A stretch of DNA of 64,000 nucleotides from the NCBI GenBank assembly GCA_002269645.1, contig NIVC01000092.1, forward strand, positions 62,001-126,000. The letters run 5' to 3'. The position numbers and the translations under genes were made by a program. This document shows positions 52,255 to 64,000 of the stretch, one piece after another; position 1 is the stretch's first letter; each line of letters starts with the position of its first letter. The notes below the pieces were generated by a model that was given only the letters and a program-made list of their open reading frames with translations, was not told the DNA's origin and searched no databases. The stretch comes from Macrostomum lignano. Its lineage: Eukaryota.

Positions 52255-55200
52255 TGTTGTACTTTTCGTAGTAACGAAGACGAATGCAAGATGCCGAGTT
52301 AGGAAGAGATCGTAGATGCCTGCAGCGCGTATATTTTAGCAGCGAAGTAGCTGGCTGCTATACTTAAAATATGAATAAGGCTTCACCCATAAACCATAGA
52401 ACTTAAAGTTCATACACAACACCCCCACATTTTAGTAATTAACCTGGAGAGAAATAAATGACTGTTTTCTACGAGCTATTTTGTCTAACGATCAAATAAA
52501 TCAGGAATAGGTCAGCCGATCAGGGGCTTTTCGGAGCCTCTGACTTCGACGAGAAACTTGGTACTCGGGACTTTGATCGCTGGTTGTCTCCACTTCAGCA
52601 GGAGTCGTAGTTTCCATTTCCTTATCATTGCTGCTGCCAACATTGGCAGGTCCAGGCGAGGTAATCTCTTGTGAGTTCTCTGTAGTCCTTGGCGTTGCAT
52701 CAGATGCATGGACAACCCGTCCTTTGCTGTCCAAGTAGGTATTTGATCCATGAAGTCCTTGGATTTCTTCTGGGACCTTGTCTGACTTTCCTTCTACGTT
52801 GATGTAGACAGGAATTGGGGTAGTTAGCGGTTTGTCCCATTCTGTAAAGGTTGCAGTGAGGCGCGTTCTTGGGCGTTGCATAAACAGTTGTGCAGCAGGA
52901 ATCGCTCCTTCGGAATTCGGTGTAGTGTTCTTCGAAAGGCAGAATGATATCAACACCTTCTCACATTCGGAACCTATGTCATTACTGTTCTGCTTCAGAG
53001 TCACTTTCAACTCTTGGATAGCTCTTTCCACAATCCCATTTGACTGGTGATGACCAGGTGGTGTTAAGACATGGTTAATTCGATTCTTCTTGAGAAATTC
53101 TGCGAACTCTTTTGATCGAAAATTGGTTCCATTGTCAGTCACAATGCACGTTGGAAGTCCCATGTACTTAAATGTTCGTCTGCATGCTGGAATAAGAGAG
53201 TTGGCTGTGAGATTGGACAGCTGATGTACATCAATCCACCGAGAGAAGGAGTCGATGAGAACCAAGAAGTGTTTCTCCTTGAAATATGCTATGTCCAGAT
53301 GAACACGTTCGAAGAAGAACTTTGCATCTTCCCATGAATGCAGATTTGCATTTGTTCGCTTTCTCGAATTTAGTTGGCAGGAAGGACACCTTTGAACGAA
53401 GCTATTGATCTGGGCGTCAATGTAAGGCCACCAGAAGTACTCTCGAGCTAGTCTGATCATGCGCACAATGCCCGGATGATTCTCGTGAAGAATTTGAAGA
53501 ATTTCTCTGCGCATGGACTTTGGAGGCACGATTCGGATCCCTTTGAACAGAATCCCGTTTTGAATGGAGTATTCCGCCTTGGATTTGGTGTACGGAAGTA
53601 GCTGTTTAGAAATGTAGCTTGGCCAACCTTGAGTAACAAACTTCTTGATAATATCAATTTCAGGGTCTCTGGTGTTGGCGACACGCCGAAGAATTGTCCC
53701 AGAAGAAGAAAATTCTACGAGAGAGTTTACCTCCAGCAGATTGACATCAAAATTTGAAAACGAAGTAGAAGCGTTTGTTGAAGGAATTCTGGACAGAGTA
53801 TCTGCTGCGAGCATGGTGTCTCCTTTTGAGTAAGTGACAGTGTAGTCATAGGATCTGAGCAGCAATGCCCATCTCTGGAGTCTCGCAGAAACTCGGTCAG
53901 GAACTTTCGTTGTAGAGAAGATGTACTGCAAAGGTATGTGATCAGAGATGATTGTAAAATGACGGCCTGCCAGAAATTGATGAAAATATTTTACACCCTC
54001 GATAATTGCAAGAGCCTCCCGCTCAATGTTGGCGTAGTTGGCCTCAGCCTTGGTCAAAACTTCTTTTTGGTCCGTGTCGTGGGACAGCACAAATCCGACT
54101 CCACTCTGAGAAGCGTCGCAAGTTAGAAACAACGGCCTTTTTATATCATAAGAAACGATTCGACCTTCCGTTACAGCAGCTTTCAGTTGGGAGAACGCAC
54201 TTGAGTGAACGACAGTCCATTTCCACTGAACCCCTTTCTTTAGGAGGTAATAGAGCGGCTTGGCGATCATAGAGAAGTTCGGACAAAAAATCCCGTAGTG
54301 TCTTAAGGTGCATATAGCACTTCTCAATTGATCCCGGTCTTTTGGCTCTGACAAGTTGGATAGAGCTTCCACTCTTGCAGGATCAGGCAAAAGTTTCCCA
54401 TCTCGGAGGAGAAATCCCAGAAATGTGACTTCTTTCTTGCACTCCTGAGTCTTACGCTCATTGATCTTGAATCCATGCTTTTTCAGTTTTTCCTTGACTT
54501 GCACCAGGATCTGTCGATGCTGCTCCACTGTTTCAGTGCCTAGAATGATGTCGTCCTGATAAGAAGCAGTGCCTGGTATTCCTTTGAGCAAGATATCCAT
54601 AACTTCCTGAAATATCAGTGGTGCTGCCGATATCCCAAATTGTAACTTGCGGAAGGCAAAATGTCCTACGTGGGTGGAAATACACGTAAGATCTTGACTT
54701 TCTGGCGTTAGGGGAATCTGCAAGAATGCGTCTTCGAGGTCGAGCACTGAATACACTTTCGAATTTGGGATCTTTTGAAGGATTTCTTTCAAAGTTGGCA
54801 GTCGATATCGATCTCGGTCTATCAGTCTGTTGAGAGTGACTGAATAGTCTCCACACAGTCTAATGGGTCTCTTTGATCCTTCTGGTTTCAACACAGGAAC
54901 AATAGGGCACGATACCTTAGGCGAGTGAACTGGGTAGATGATACCTGCACTTTCCAGTCTTTTCAGCTCCAGTTCAACCAAAGTTTTAATTGAGAACGGA
55001 AGGGATCTGGCAGGAAAGCACATTCCATCGGTAGAGGCCCCGTCCTTCAGGCGAAAGCTGGCCTGGAATCTTGAATTTTTATCACACTGCACTGGATGGC
55101 ACAGAAATTCGTCTACCGTCAATAGGTTGAAGGCACGAATAAAATTCATTCCCAAAATGGCTTGACTAGATGGGTCCCCGACATATATGTCTCCGCATGC

Positions 55201-56508
55201 CGTTTTGCCGTTTCTCAGCTCAATCGTGACGTCCTTAGCCATGCCTCGTACGGAAACTGAAGCTCCCCCGAAAACTTTGAGTGATCGAATGTCCGCGTCA
55301 ACCATGTGCAATCCGGCTTGCTCTACGATGGTTACTGGCAAAATTGTTACCTGACTACCAGAGTCGACGCACATATGGACTGTGGAATCACCGATCGTGC
55401 AGACTATTTTCCAGAGTTCGTCGCATGGAGTAGCCTTGATCACCGAGTACACAGCTGAATCAGGTGGATCAGCGTCGGTTGCTTCAACTTCCGCGTACGT
55501 GACTTTCTTGCTGCCACCGATGTTGGACCTGCATGCTCTGGCAATGTGCCCGGTTTTTCCGCACTTGTGACATGTCGCATTACGGAACTTGCAGGTATTT
55601 CTAAGATGACCCGGGTTACCACAGGAATGGCAGCTAGACTTAGAATGATTCGGCGTTGTTGGCATTGGCCTGGATACCGTTGGATACTTTTGGTTGCTGC
55701 CGGTCTTCTTGTGAGTGGTTTTCTGCACTGCTGCGACGGTTTTGCTCGAATCAGTAGCTTGAGATACGGACTCCGATAAGAGACTATCCTTAACCGCAGT
55801 CTCTAGATCCAGCTTTTCCTTCACTAGTAATTTTTGCTTCAGAGAATTATCAGCCAGTCCGAAAATATACTGAGAAAGAATTAACTCTTCTCGCAGGTTG
55901 CCGAATTCGCATTTGTTGGCCTGTGTCTTCAGTCTCTCCAAAAACTTTGTCACCGACTCACCCTGTATTTGGATCATGGTACGAGCGTATGTAGCAGATG
56001 TCTGTCGTAGTGAAGAAGGCGCTTGGGTTTCAAGTGGCTCAGTACCGCTTCTTTGATGAAATCGAACGTACACTTTGTATCGTTTAAAATGTCTTCTGGC
56101 TGCACAAGTGTCTCAATCAGTGAAAATGCGGCATCTCCACATGTAGCAAGTAGAACGGCTTTGCTCTGGTCATTCTTTTCCGTTGCGCAAATGTAAAAAC
56201 CGAGGCGCTTGAAATACTGTTCGACATCGGGGTAGCACAGCGGCATCTCCCCCAGTCGGAAGTCGAGTCCGGAAGACATCGGGATGAAGATTTGGTGACT
56301 GCAGTATCGTCCCGCGGCGAATTAAATTTTCCTCGTCGCCATGTTGTACTTTTCGTAGTAACGAAGACGAATGCAAGATGCCGAGTTAGGAAGAGATCGT
56401 AGATGCCTGCAGCGCGTATATTTTAGCAGCGAAGTAGCTGGCTGCTATACTTAAAATATGAATAAGGCTTCACCCATAAACCATAGAACTTAAAGTTCAT
56501 ACACAACA
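52255..56508 (-). mobile_element. Full-length Ty3/gypsy LTR retrotransposon (Mag-like), 4254 bp
   Basis: Identical 167 bp TG..CA LTRs (52255-52421, 56342-56508) and 5 bp TSD TTACT. PBS TGGCGACGAGGA, complementary to the tRNA-Ser(GCU) 3' end as I recall it. PPT-like aaatgtggggg. Two CCHC knuckles, protease VDSGS, RT YQDD, RNase H, integrase HHCC and DDE. Confidence 0.97.
52501..56279 (-). CDS. Gag-Pol polyprotein with a frameshift in gag near 55980
   Basis: ORF 56279-55974 (gag N-terminus) continues in the -1 frame as ORF ..-52501. Confidence 0.85.
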
Positions 56509-56963
56509 TTACTGATGAGAATTCCATTTGCAGCTGGTTGTCAGGAGCTGAGTTGACCTCCATTGCAAATGGAGATGTCAGCAGCTGGAACTTGGGAGTG
56601 CACTTCTTCACATCCTTGAACGGCATTGCAAATTCTTTTTAAAGTTCCTGCACCATGCTGATGCACAAGCGGATGATTGATTTCCTCTGGCTTGTAGCAA
56701 GTGTCCATTAGGAAGAAGTGTGTGTACTTCTGTTGACCTATCTGGCTTTCCCACAGGGGCAAAGCTTCACCTACATGTAGGAGTGCTTATACATGTATGT
56801 CACGAGGACGTCCCTGACTTGGAGAGTGTGTGGTTCAGTGCATTTAGATTTTCTATAAAGTCAGTGAGGAATGCCAGCTTAGCAATCCAAAGATCATTAA
56901 AGAAAAGATTGGCATTGAGAAACTTCTTGTTCACCAGAAATTCAGCTCTTCATCTCTTTCCTC

Positions 56964-56964
<1 letters not shown>

Positions 56965-57027
<63 letters not shown>

Positions 57028-57030
57028 TTC
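56965..57030. repeat. (TC)n microsatellite
   Basis: Direct reading. Confidence 0.95.
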
Positions 57031-57079
57031 TTTCTTTTAGGTCTAATTCTTTTAGCTTTTTCATCCCTATAATTATTAA

Positions 57080-58106
57080 CCATTTGGAAGCCAAAGGCCT
57101 GCACTGCAGGCCATACCGAAACGGCCCAGAAACCCAGAGATTGAAAAATGTCTATGGCATCAAAAACCATCTCCCAATCACTAAAGCAAGTGCCCAGTAT
57201 GGCCTGCTGTGCAGGCCATGACTGATTTAAAGACGTCCATTGTGCATTTCTATTGTGTTTTCATTCAAATGAGAAATGTTAAAGGGGAAATAAAGCGTGG
57301 ATGAATTAGCATGGATCTGGACAGAGACCAGGATTTCCGGGACATTGGCCGCAGCAAAATACTGTCTTCTTAGCTGGAACGTCAGGTTTCAAATTCGGAA
57401 TCGTTTGCTTGGGCGAGTCTGGGCTTCCGTTGCAGGGAGTCGTCCGTGTATATGTGGTATCCTTCGCCCAGCACTTCGCGGCTAAGCTCAACAACAACTC
57501 TCGCTCTCTTCCTCGCCATTTTCTGCACTCTCCTGCTGGAACTCCCTGACTGCCAACCACATTCGCTCATTGGTCCATGTGACAAGACGGTGGTGAGAAA
57601 CTCTTCAGTCAGGAAGATTGATAAAAATTATTTCATACTTTCGTCTGGATTTTCTGGTAGACCAGTGCTTAGATTGATGGTCGAAAACCCTGGGAATTCC
57701 GGCACCCCGTCGTGGTCAAACGAGTTGTCATTTCCAGGGGTTACTTCAACCCATTCCGCGGTCGCCTCATCTTGGCTCTGATCAATTTCTGGATCCATGC
57801 CTTCCGACTCCGTTTCTGACTCAAAAACCGTCGAGTCATTGCTTGATAAAGCGTCTTTCGAATCGGAATCGAGTCCCAGTCTACGCAAGGCGTCACTTTT
57901 AGCTGTCCTATTCGGCCGCGTAAAAGCCATTTGTGGGTAGGAAGGTTTGAACAGGAGCTAGCTGAAAAACTATGTGATATACTTTACTTCTGGGCTTCTA
58001 GAGTGTGCACTCGATTCAGCAAAAAAGACAAATTTGTCTATGGACTGCTCTGCAGGCCTTTGGGCTTTTAAGCCATCTTATAGAACCAAGCTTGGGCGCG
58101 AAGTGG
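57080..58106 (-). mobile_element. Internally deleted piggyBac (PGBD4-like) element, 1027 bp
   Basis: TTAA on both sides (57076-79, 58107-10). Imperfect CCA.TT TIRs and subterminal inverted ccaaaggcctgca motifs. Transposase fragments: acidic N-terminus, GEGYHIYTD, and CRD KKTVFCCGQCPGNPGLCPDPC. The paralogous site at ~44325 is empty. Confidence 0.85.
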
Positions 58107-59237
58107 TTAAAGCTTTTGAGCGATTTTGGTAAATCATACAACTATTGCTATTGCAGTACCAATTGGACTGTAACTCAATGTATGCAGAATTTTAAGAAAC
58201 ATTTCTTGCATACCAGTTATCTTTTTGTCTGATTGGTTGTTGACACACTAATTAGTCATTTAGCTTTGGCGGCTTCTGATTGGCTGTTTAAGTCACCGAT
58301 TTGTCCCTTGTTTTTGACGGATCCTGATTGGCTGGCTACCCAAGTGTCCCTCCTCCCCAAAAAGGCTTCCAATGCAGATTTCTTAAAGTAAACATATTAT
58401 TGCTTAATAAATAACCAAAACAACTGAGTTACAATTGAAAATGATTATTAACAAAGTCGAGTTATAAATATTACGCGTATGTAGGTAAATTGAATATTGG
58501 AAACAGCAACATTGTGAGAAATTCTTAGGAAGCACAGTCAGATGATATTATCTGTCAAAATTTTAGCAATTAGCAAAAAGGTTTCCGCAATAAAAACGTT
58601 TAAAAAATCTTACTTGGCAAAGCTATTAATGAAAAAGGCGCTTTTGGTTCAAGAGAAAGAAATTTAATATACAATGAAAAAGAAATCATATGAACTAAAA
58701 AATAACCGTTGTTATTATCAAATAAGATAAAAAGATGTCAATCAGGTTGATACAGCAGTATTTCGTATCATGTATATAGTCATAATGTATGCTTGAAGTT
58801 AGTGTACAAGGAAAAATAAATATTTGGTTATCTTGATGACATTTTACTAATCATAAACATGACATTTTCAAAATAATGCCCTTGAGGTTGATTGAGATGA
58901 CAACGAATAAAACGTTTACATTGCAAATGATAATCATTAAATTAACCGTACATTAGGCTTGACCCCTTCCAATCCAGGGGTTATTTAAGTACCACTTGAA
59001 GTAAAAAAAGAACTTTCTTTCTTTCAAAAAACTTCTGAAGGCCTGCGGCATAAAAAACCCTAGAAACTAAGTGTTAAAAAAGTTTTTGATCCCTAAATGG
59101 TTGAATAGCTTAAATAGGTTCCCTAAAATATTGGATTTTTTGCGAATATCTCTGCAAGCCTCAACAGTGCAATCAGTTTCCAGCTAGCCAGGTAAAATCC
59201 CAAAATAGAACAGGAAACTTCAATGCTGGAAATCTTC

Positions 59238-59822
59238 ACCGATGAAAACGGTACCTAATGCCAAGAAGTGTTCCGGATTCACTTGCGTCACCCAAGAATA
59301 GTTGCATATGACATAGTTAAAATTGAAAAGAATTGAGTCTAAACGACTCTAAAGCGACGAGGTGTCAGTGTGTCACGGTAGAAGTCGCCAAAAAGTCGTC
59401 AAAAAATCACCTAAGAATTACTTTGAAGCGTTTTATTATCTGCGACTGTGGGGCGACGGTATAGCTCGTATAACGACTCTGGTGCCGTAGAGTCGTATTT
59501 GAGTCATGCTAAATTCGATTCTAAAGTAGAATCACTGAGTTGTGTTTGAAGCGCATTTGCGTCGCTTGATAAATTAGAGTCACATCTCTAGCAAAAGTTA
59601 AGCACCAACACAATGATTCCTGGGCGACACTTTCGGGACTTTTTACGATTCTATAACTCACGTGAGCAACAGTTGCCTCACACGTCACATTAGACGCGTT
59701 TGAGTCGTTAAAAAGTCGCAAGTTAATTGAGTTCCCCCCAGAGTCGCTAGCTAGAGTCACTAGAGAGTTGTTTGCAACGACTTTTTAGTCATTCTTCTTG
59801 TCCTGGTAACGTTTTCAACGGA
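59238..59822. mobile_element. 585 bp MITE inserted at the last codons of paralogue B
   Basis: Imperfect TIR CCGATGAAAACG / CGTTTTCAACGG, 3 bp duplication TTC (59235-37, 59823-25), internal (aaa)gtcg(c) motifs. Absent from paralogue A. Confidence 0.8.
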
Positions 59823-62800
59823 TTCGTATGCTGGCGGCGGATGCTGAGGCATCGGTGGAATCTGCTGGGTGGGTGGCGGGTAATGCGGGTACTGCGGCTG
59901 ATTTCCCCAGCTGCTGACGCCGCCGTTGCTACTGCCATTAACCTGGGGCGGGTAAAGCGGGTATTGCAGCTGATTTCGCCCAACCCTGACGCCGCCGTTG
60001 CTACTGCCATCAACCTGGGGCGGGTAAAGCGGGTACTGCGGCTGAGTTTTCCCGCCGATCGCAGTCGGATAGAGCGGGTACGGCGCTGGATTCGGATAGA
60101 GATTGTTGCTTTGGCTGCGGTTGTTGCTGCGACGACGTCCATGTAAGCCGGACGGAGTCACATGCGCGTCCTCCTCAGTCTTGGCCACTGGCCGAAATGT
60201 GACATCCTGTCTGGCTGTCCCAGAAAAACTGCTGCCGCCCATTTTACGGAAGACCGATCGAACCCTGTCGCGACACAAATAAATTGTAATGCCGCAACCA
60301 GAAGCGACGAATAAAACGCCAAACAGCAGCCCCATGCCAAGTCCCACAGAGCTGAATTTGCCAAGCTGCTCCTTGAAGTCCTCCTTGCTGCAGCACATCT
60401 GGTGGCCAGCCGGGCCGCAGCAGTAAATGTCCTCGGCGTCGTAGGCGTAGTTGAACAAATCGCTGGGGCACAAGAAGTACTGGTAGGTCACGATTGGAGA
60501 AGTCGTGCTGCTGTCTGTGCTGTTTTCACTCTCTGTCAGTCTTTGAGCAGTGCTCGAGGCGGGGGTGGTTGACATTTCGGTTGGAGTCAACGCGCTGCTC
60601 GTACTGGAGTCATTTAACTCCAGATGGTCGTACGCGTACCAGCCATACGTCGAATTTGAACGAGTGCGAACCAAGCCGACGCAGATGGCGAAATCTTCGG
60701 TGACTTTGTTGAACAGGCTGCCTTGGCTGTTGAATATCCTGGGCCGGACTCTGGTGGCGATGTACACGGAGCCGGCTAGAAGCAGCGCCTTTTTGTTGCT
60801 GGTGAGACCGCTGCGGGAGGGAAGATCAAAGTTTCTTATTTCTTATTTCTTATTTCAGATATTTCATGCAAATTTAAAGCTCTCAAATGGTTCTTTTAAT
60901 TGCTATGCATGGGCCGTAAACCGTCTGTCCCCGGTATCTACCTACCTGTGTCTGTCCTCAAAATCCAGTGTTGGGCAAAGTTCCGGCACTTCCGGCACTT
61001 TTAGTACCGGAAGTTACTTTTTTTAAAGCGGCACTTTTTTCTAGTTCTTTTTGTAGAATGCCGGACTTCGGTAACGGAAGTTACTTTTTGATAAGTCCGG
61101 ACCTCCGGTACTTTATAATGAAATTTTAGGTGCCAAACAGTCAATTTAGCACTAAATATTTTCCAGAAGCGCAAAACTTTCACCAAAATTACAAAAAGGT
61201 AAAAAAAGATTATCCTAGATCATGTGGTTTTTACTTTTTAAGTTAAAACACGTTTTAAGCATCATATATAGAATCATAGAATGAAGTAATTAAATTGGTA
61301 ACTACTATAAATGCTGAAACAAGACACATTAAAAAATAAACATCATTGTTTTAACAACCCCTTGGAAGTTTTATAACAAGCATAACTAGCAGTACATTAG
61401 GACGCCACACTCGCGATTCGTGGAACATTTTTTGAAGGCCGATTTCTTCATTTCGATGTTCGTGCAGGACGACATGAGTGATGCATTCTAAGAAGGTTTT
61501 GAGCATGGCTTTGAGTTTTAACTTTTTTTAGACTAATTTTCATTTTCTGATTACAGCCCAAAAACACTAATCAAGTTATTTTAAAGTCTTGTGCATTGGT
61601 CCATCTATCAAATTCCAGCCATTTGTTGTCCGGCATTTTTTTGTTCATAGGCGTAGGAAAGTTTCAAAAAGTGGGGGGAGGCAGGTTCAGTGACGGATTT
61701 AGGGGGGGGGGGGGGGGCACAGGGCGCACGCCCCCGTCGAGTCAGATTTTTTATATGGAAAATGCACATTATCATGTACCGATTATTTTCAGAGTCCGTC
61801 GCGTCTTGTCAGCACTCATTTTATAAAGTGCTGCAGGCACCCATTTTAGCGCCGCAGGCACCCATTTTAGCGACGCAGGCACCCATTTTGGCGCTGCAGG
61901 TGCTATGTTTTGTCGCCCTGCAGCAAAATGCATTCATGCAAAGCAGCAAAAACTAAAAATAAGCAAAAATTCTACATTTTAAATTTAAATTGTGAAGGGG
62001 CCAGATACCATTACTGCCCCCCCCACTTTTTACTGCCCCACTGCCCCCCCCCGTTCCTACGCCTATGTTTTTGTTAACTGTTAACTGGCATTTCTAAGGC
62101 TCCCGGAATATTATTATTTATTCTAAATGAGTCAGCAGTACAAAAGTATACATACGCTGCTGTAAAACTACAGCACAATACTATTGCAAAGTAGGGCGAC
62201 AAGAGAATGGCCCACACAAACTAAGAGTCGCCTGAAGTATTCTACACTGATCATTGTGACACATCTATTGGACAAAAATTATCTCCATACATACTTCTGA
62301 AGAGTCAGAATCAATGTTTGAAAATCAGCCTCCAATTTTTTTATTTGAATCGTCCTGATGAACTGCTAATCTTTGTTTTGTAAAGGTTTTATTAATTCGC
62401 TCAAATTTTGGATGTGTTGATAAAAAAACCTTATGTAGCATCTTTATTTGAGGAATAACATCGTGTTTAACTCGAGACTCGAGACTCGAGACATGTTTAA
62501 GTACTTTTTAATTGGCGGTTCTTTAAAGTTAGAAAGGACCGGTGACGGAAGTACCGGAAGTTACTTTTTTTTAAAGTACGGGTACCGGAACAAGTGCCGG
62601 AAGTTACTTTCCTTGGAACCGGAAGTTACTTAACCGGAACTTGAGTCTGTCCTCAACACTGTCAAAAGTTCCCTCGTGTCTGTCCCCGGTATCTACCTGT
62701 GTCTGCCCCCAATATCTCCCCCATGTCTGTCCCCAGTATCTACCCGTGTCTGTCCCCGGTATCTACCTGTGTCTGTCCCCAATATCTCCCCCATGTCTGT

Positions 62801-63426
62801 CCCCAGTATCTACCTGTGTTTGTCCTCAATATCTCCCCAGTGTCTGTCCCCGGTATCTATACATGTACCTACCTGTGTCTGTCCTCAATATCTCCCCTGT
62901 GTCTGTCCCCGGTATCTACCTGTGTCTGCCCCCATCTCCCCCGTGTCTGTCCCCGGTATCTACCTGTGTCTGCCCCCAATATCTCTCCTGTGTCTGTCCC
63001 CGGTATCTACCTGTGTCTGTTACCTCGACAGTACTATGCTCTAGGGGACAAGTAATTTGCTTGTGTTGAATCCTTATACTTTGCAGGTTTGCACCAAAGC
63101 TCGATCTTTATCTCTCTGATTTCACGAGAGTATGTTTTCCCAAATCTAATACACCTTTTAAAAAGGATCTAAGAAGCTCGAAGTGGCTCACCCCATTTTG
63201 GTTGCCGAAACTTTTACCCGCGAGCTTTGTCGATAAACCAAGGGATAGACGCCCGACCGCATGGAATATCGGCGATAGTAACGTCTATATGTCCGGGAGG
63301 ATGAGCTGGGCCTGTACCTGAGGCTTCTGTACCTGTAGTGTCTGTATGATGACGAGTACTTGTAGCCCCTTGAACGAAAGCCACCAAATCTGCCTCCAAA
63401 GCCGCCTCGCCTTGCATCAGCTGGAT
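59760..63426 (-). CDS. Shisa/CX-like protein, paralogue B (signal-peptide exon expected just beyond 64000)
   Basis: Exons 63426-63192 and 60810-59760 have the same phases as paralogue A. One extra 24-aa YPLYPP unit. The last 20 aa are encoded by the MITE. Confidence 0.8.
60966..62661. mobile_element. Non-autonomous hAT-like element (1696 bp) in paralogue B intron 2
   Basis: Ends CAGTGTTGGGCAAAGTTCCGG and CCGGAACTT..CAACACTG. Imperfect 8 bp TSD tcaaaatc/tcaaaagt. Subterminal ccggaagttact repeats at both ends. Confidence 0.8.
61646..62067. mobile_element. 422 bp hAT MITE nested in the element above
   Basis: Perfect TIR CATAGGCGTAGGAA / TTCCTACGCCTATG and perfect 8 bp TSD TTTTTGTT. Confidence 0.92.
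62675..63020. repeat. Degenerate 22-24 bp minisatellite homologous to 47260-48430 (also 60922-60965)
   Basis: tgtctgtccccggtatctacctg-type units. Confidence 0.9.
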
Positions 63427-64000
63427 CTGCAAATTTATAGTTTTTTATTACATTTTTCAATTCTCACGACAAACAATAGGCAGGTTTATTGATATTATGG
63501 CCACAAACTCGGCCTAATTCATAGACATCTATTAGGTTTTTCTAAATACTGGTAGCCTGTTAGACGGCGACGATCTTTGCTGCGATCTTTCTTTCGTAGA
63601 GCTCACGTACGGGTATGCATACATAGCAATTTTTATGGTATAGACTGACTGGCAGATTACTTTTGTCTGAAATTATATCCGACTATCCAATATCTGTACC
63701 AATAAGAGAGTTCATACATATGTATGCTTAACTTAGAATACACACAGGAACTATACACGAAAATAAATATACGGATGGCTGTTGGATCTTTAACGTAAAT
63801 TTTACTTCAAATAGCTATTGACATTTTGCATAAAATACCGGCCGATCTCAGCCTAGAAACAGCAATTGAGATCTCTAAGAAAACCAAATGTCAGATATGC
63901 GTGACCATCAGGCTTAGCTTAGCTGCAAAAGAAAAAGTATTACCACTAGGAATTGGCGAAACGTTATTGAATAAACGGATAAAGCGTTTTTGTTTGTTTG

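Larger units (their letters stand above)
52100..56965 (-). pseudogene. Decayed hAT (Charlie/SPIN, GTF2IRD2-like) transposase remnant interrupted by the gypsy element
   Basis: Right of the LTR element: EFLVNKK..DLWIAKLAFLTDFIENLNALNHTL and FQLLTSPFAMEVNSAPDNQLQME. Left of it: ELLSQIKIM..LSDHHLNDFFLLS, resembling the hAT dimerisation region. Stops and frameshifts throughout. Confidence 0.65.

Noticed and set aside
55974-56000. Programmed -1 frameshift in the gypsy element
   Set aside because: No X XXY YYZ heptamer, and the shift falls within the capsid region rather than at a gag/pol boundary.

Overview
Eukaryotic (metazoan) genomic DNA with GT-AG introns, GC-rich exons and a different 15-48 bp minisatellite in most introns. 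This texture, plus a lophotrochozoan-type chloride channel, suggests a flatworm such as Macrostomum lignano (inference only). I assembled the gene models by hand from splice signals and reading phase: a secreted CAP/SCP + EGF-like gene (-, runs off the left edge), a C2H2 zinc-finger gene (-) head-to-head with a WDFY1/2 orthologue (+, GC-AG first coding intron), a 9-exon Cys-loop anion channel (+, GluCl-like), a 700-aa polyQ protein with PP1-docking SILK and RVxF motifs (-), and two tandem paralogues of a Shisa/CX-like single-pass protein (-). A nested TE cluster lies between and inside the paralogues: LINE remnant, hAT remnant interrupted by a Ty3/gypsy with identical LTRs, internally deleted piggyBac, and several MITEs. 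The most notable observations are a MITE that replaced one paralogue's C-terminus with a PDZ-type ending, and two small foldback-like elements in which one inverted arm has amplified into a minisatellite. Most long ORFs in the supplied track are repeat artefacts.
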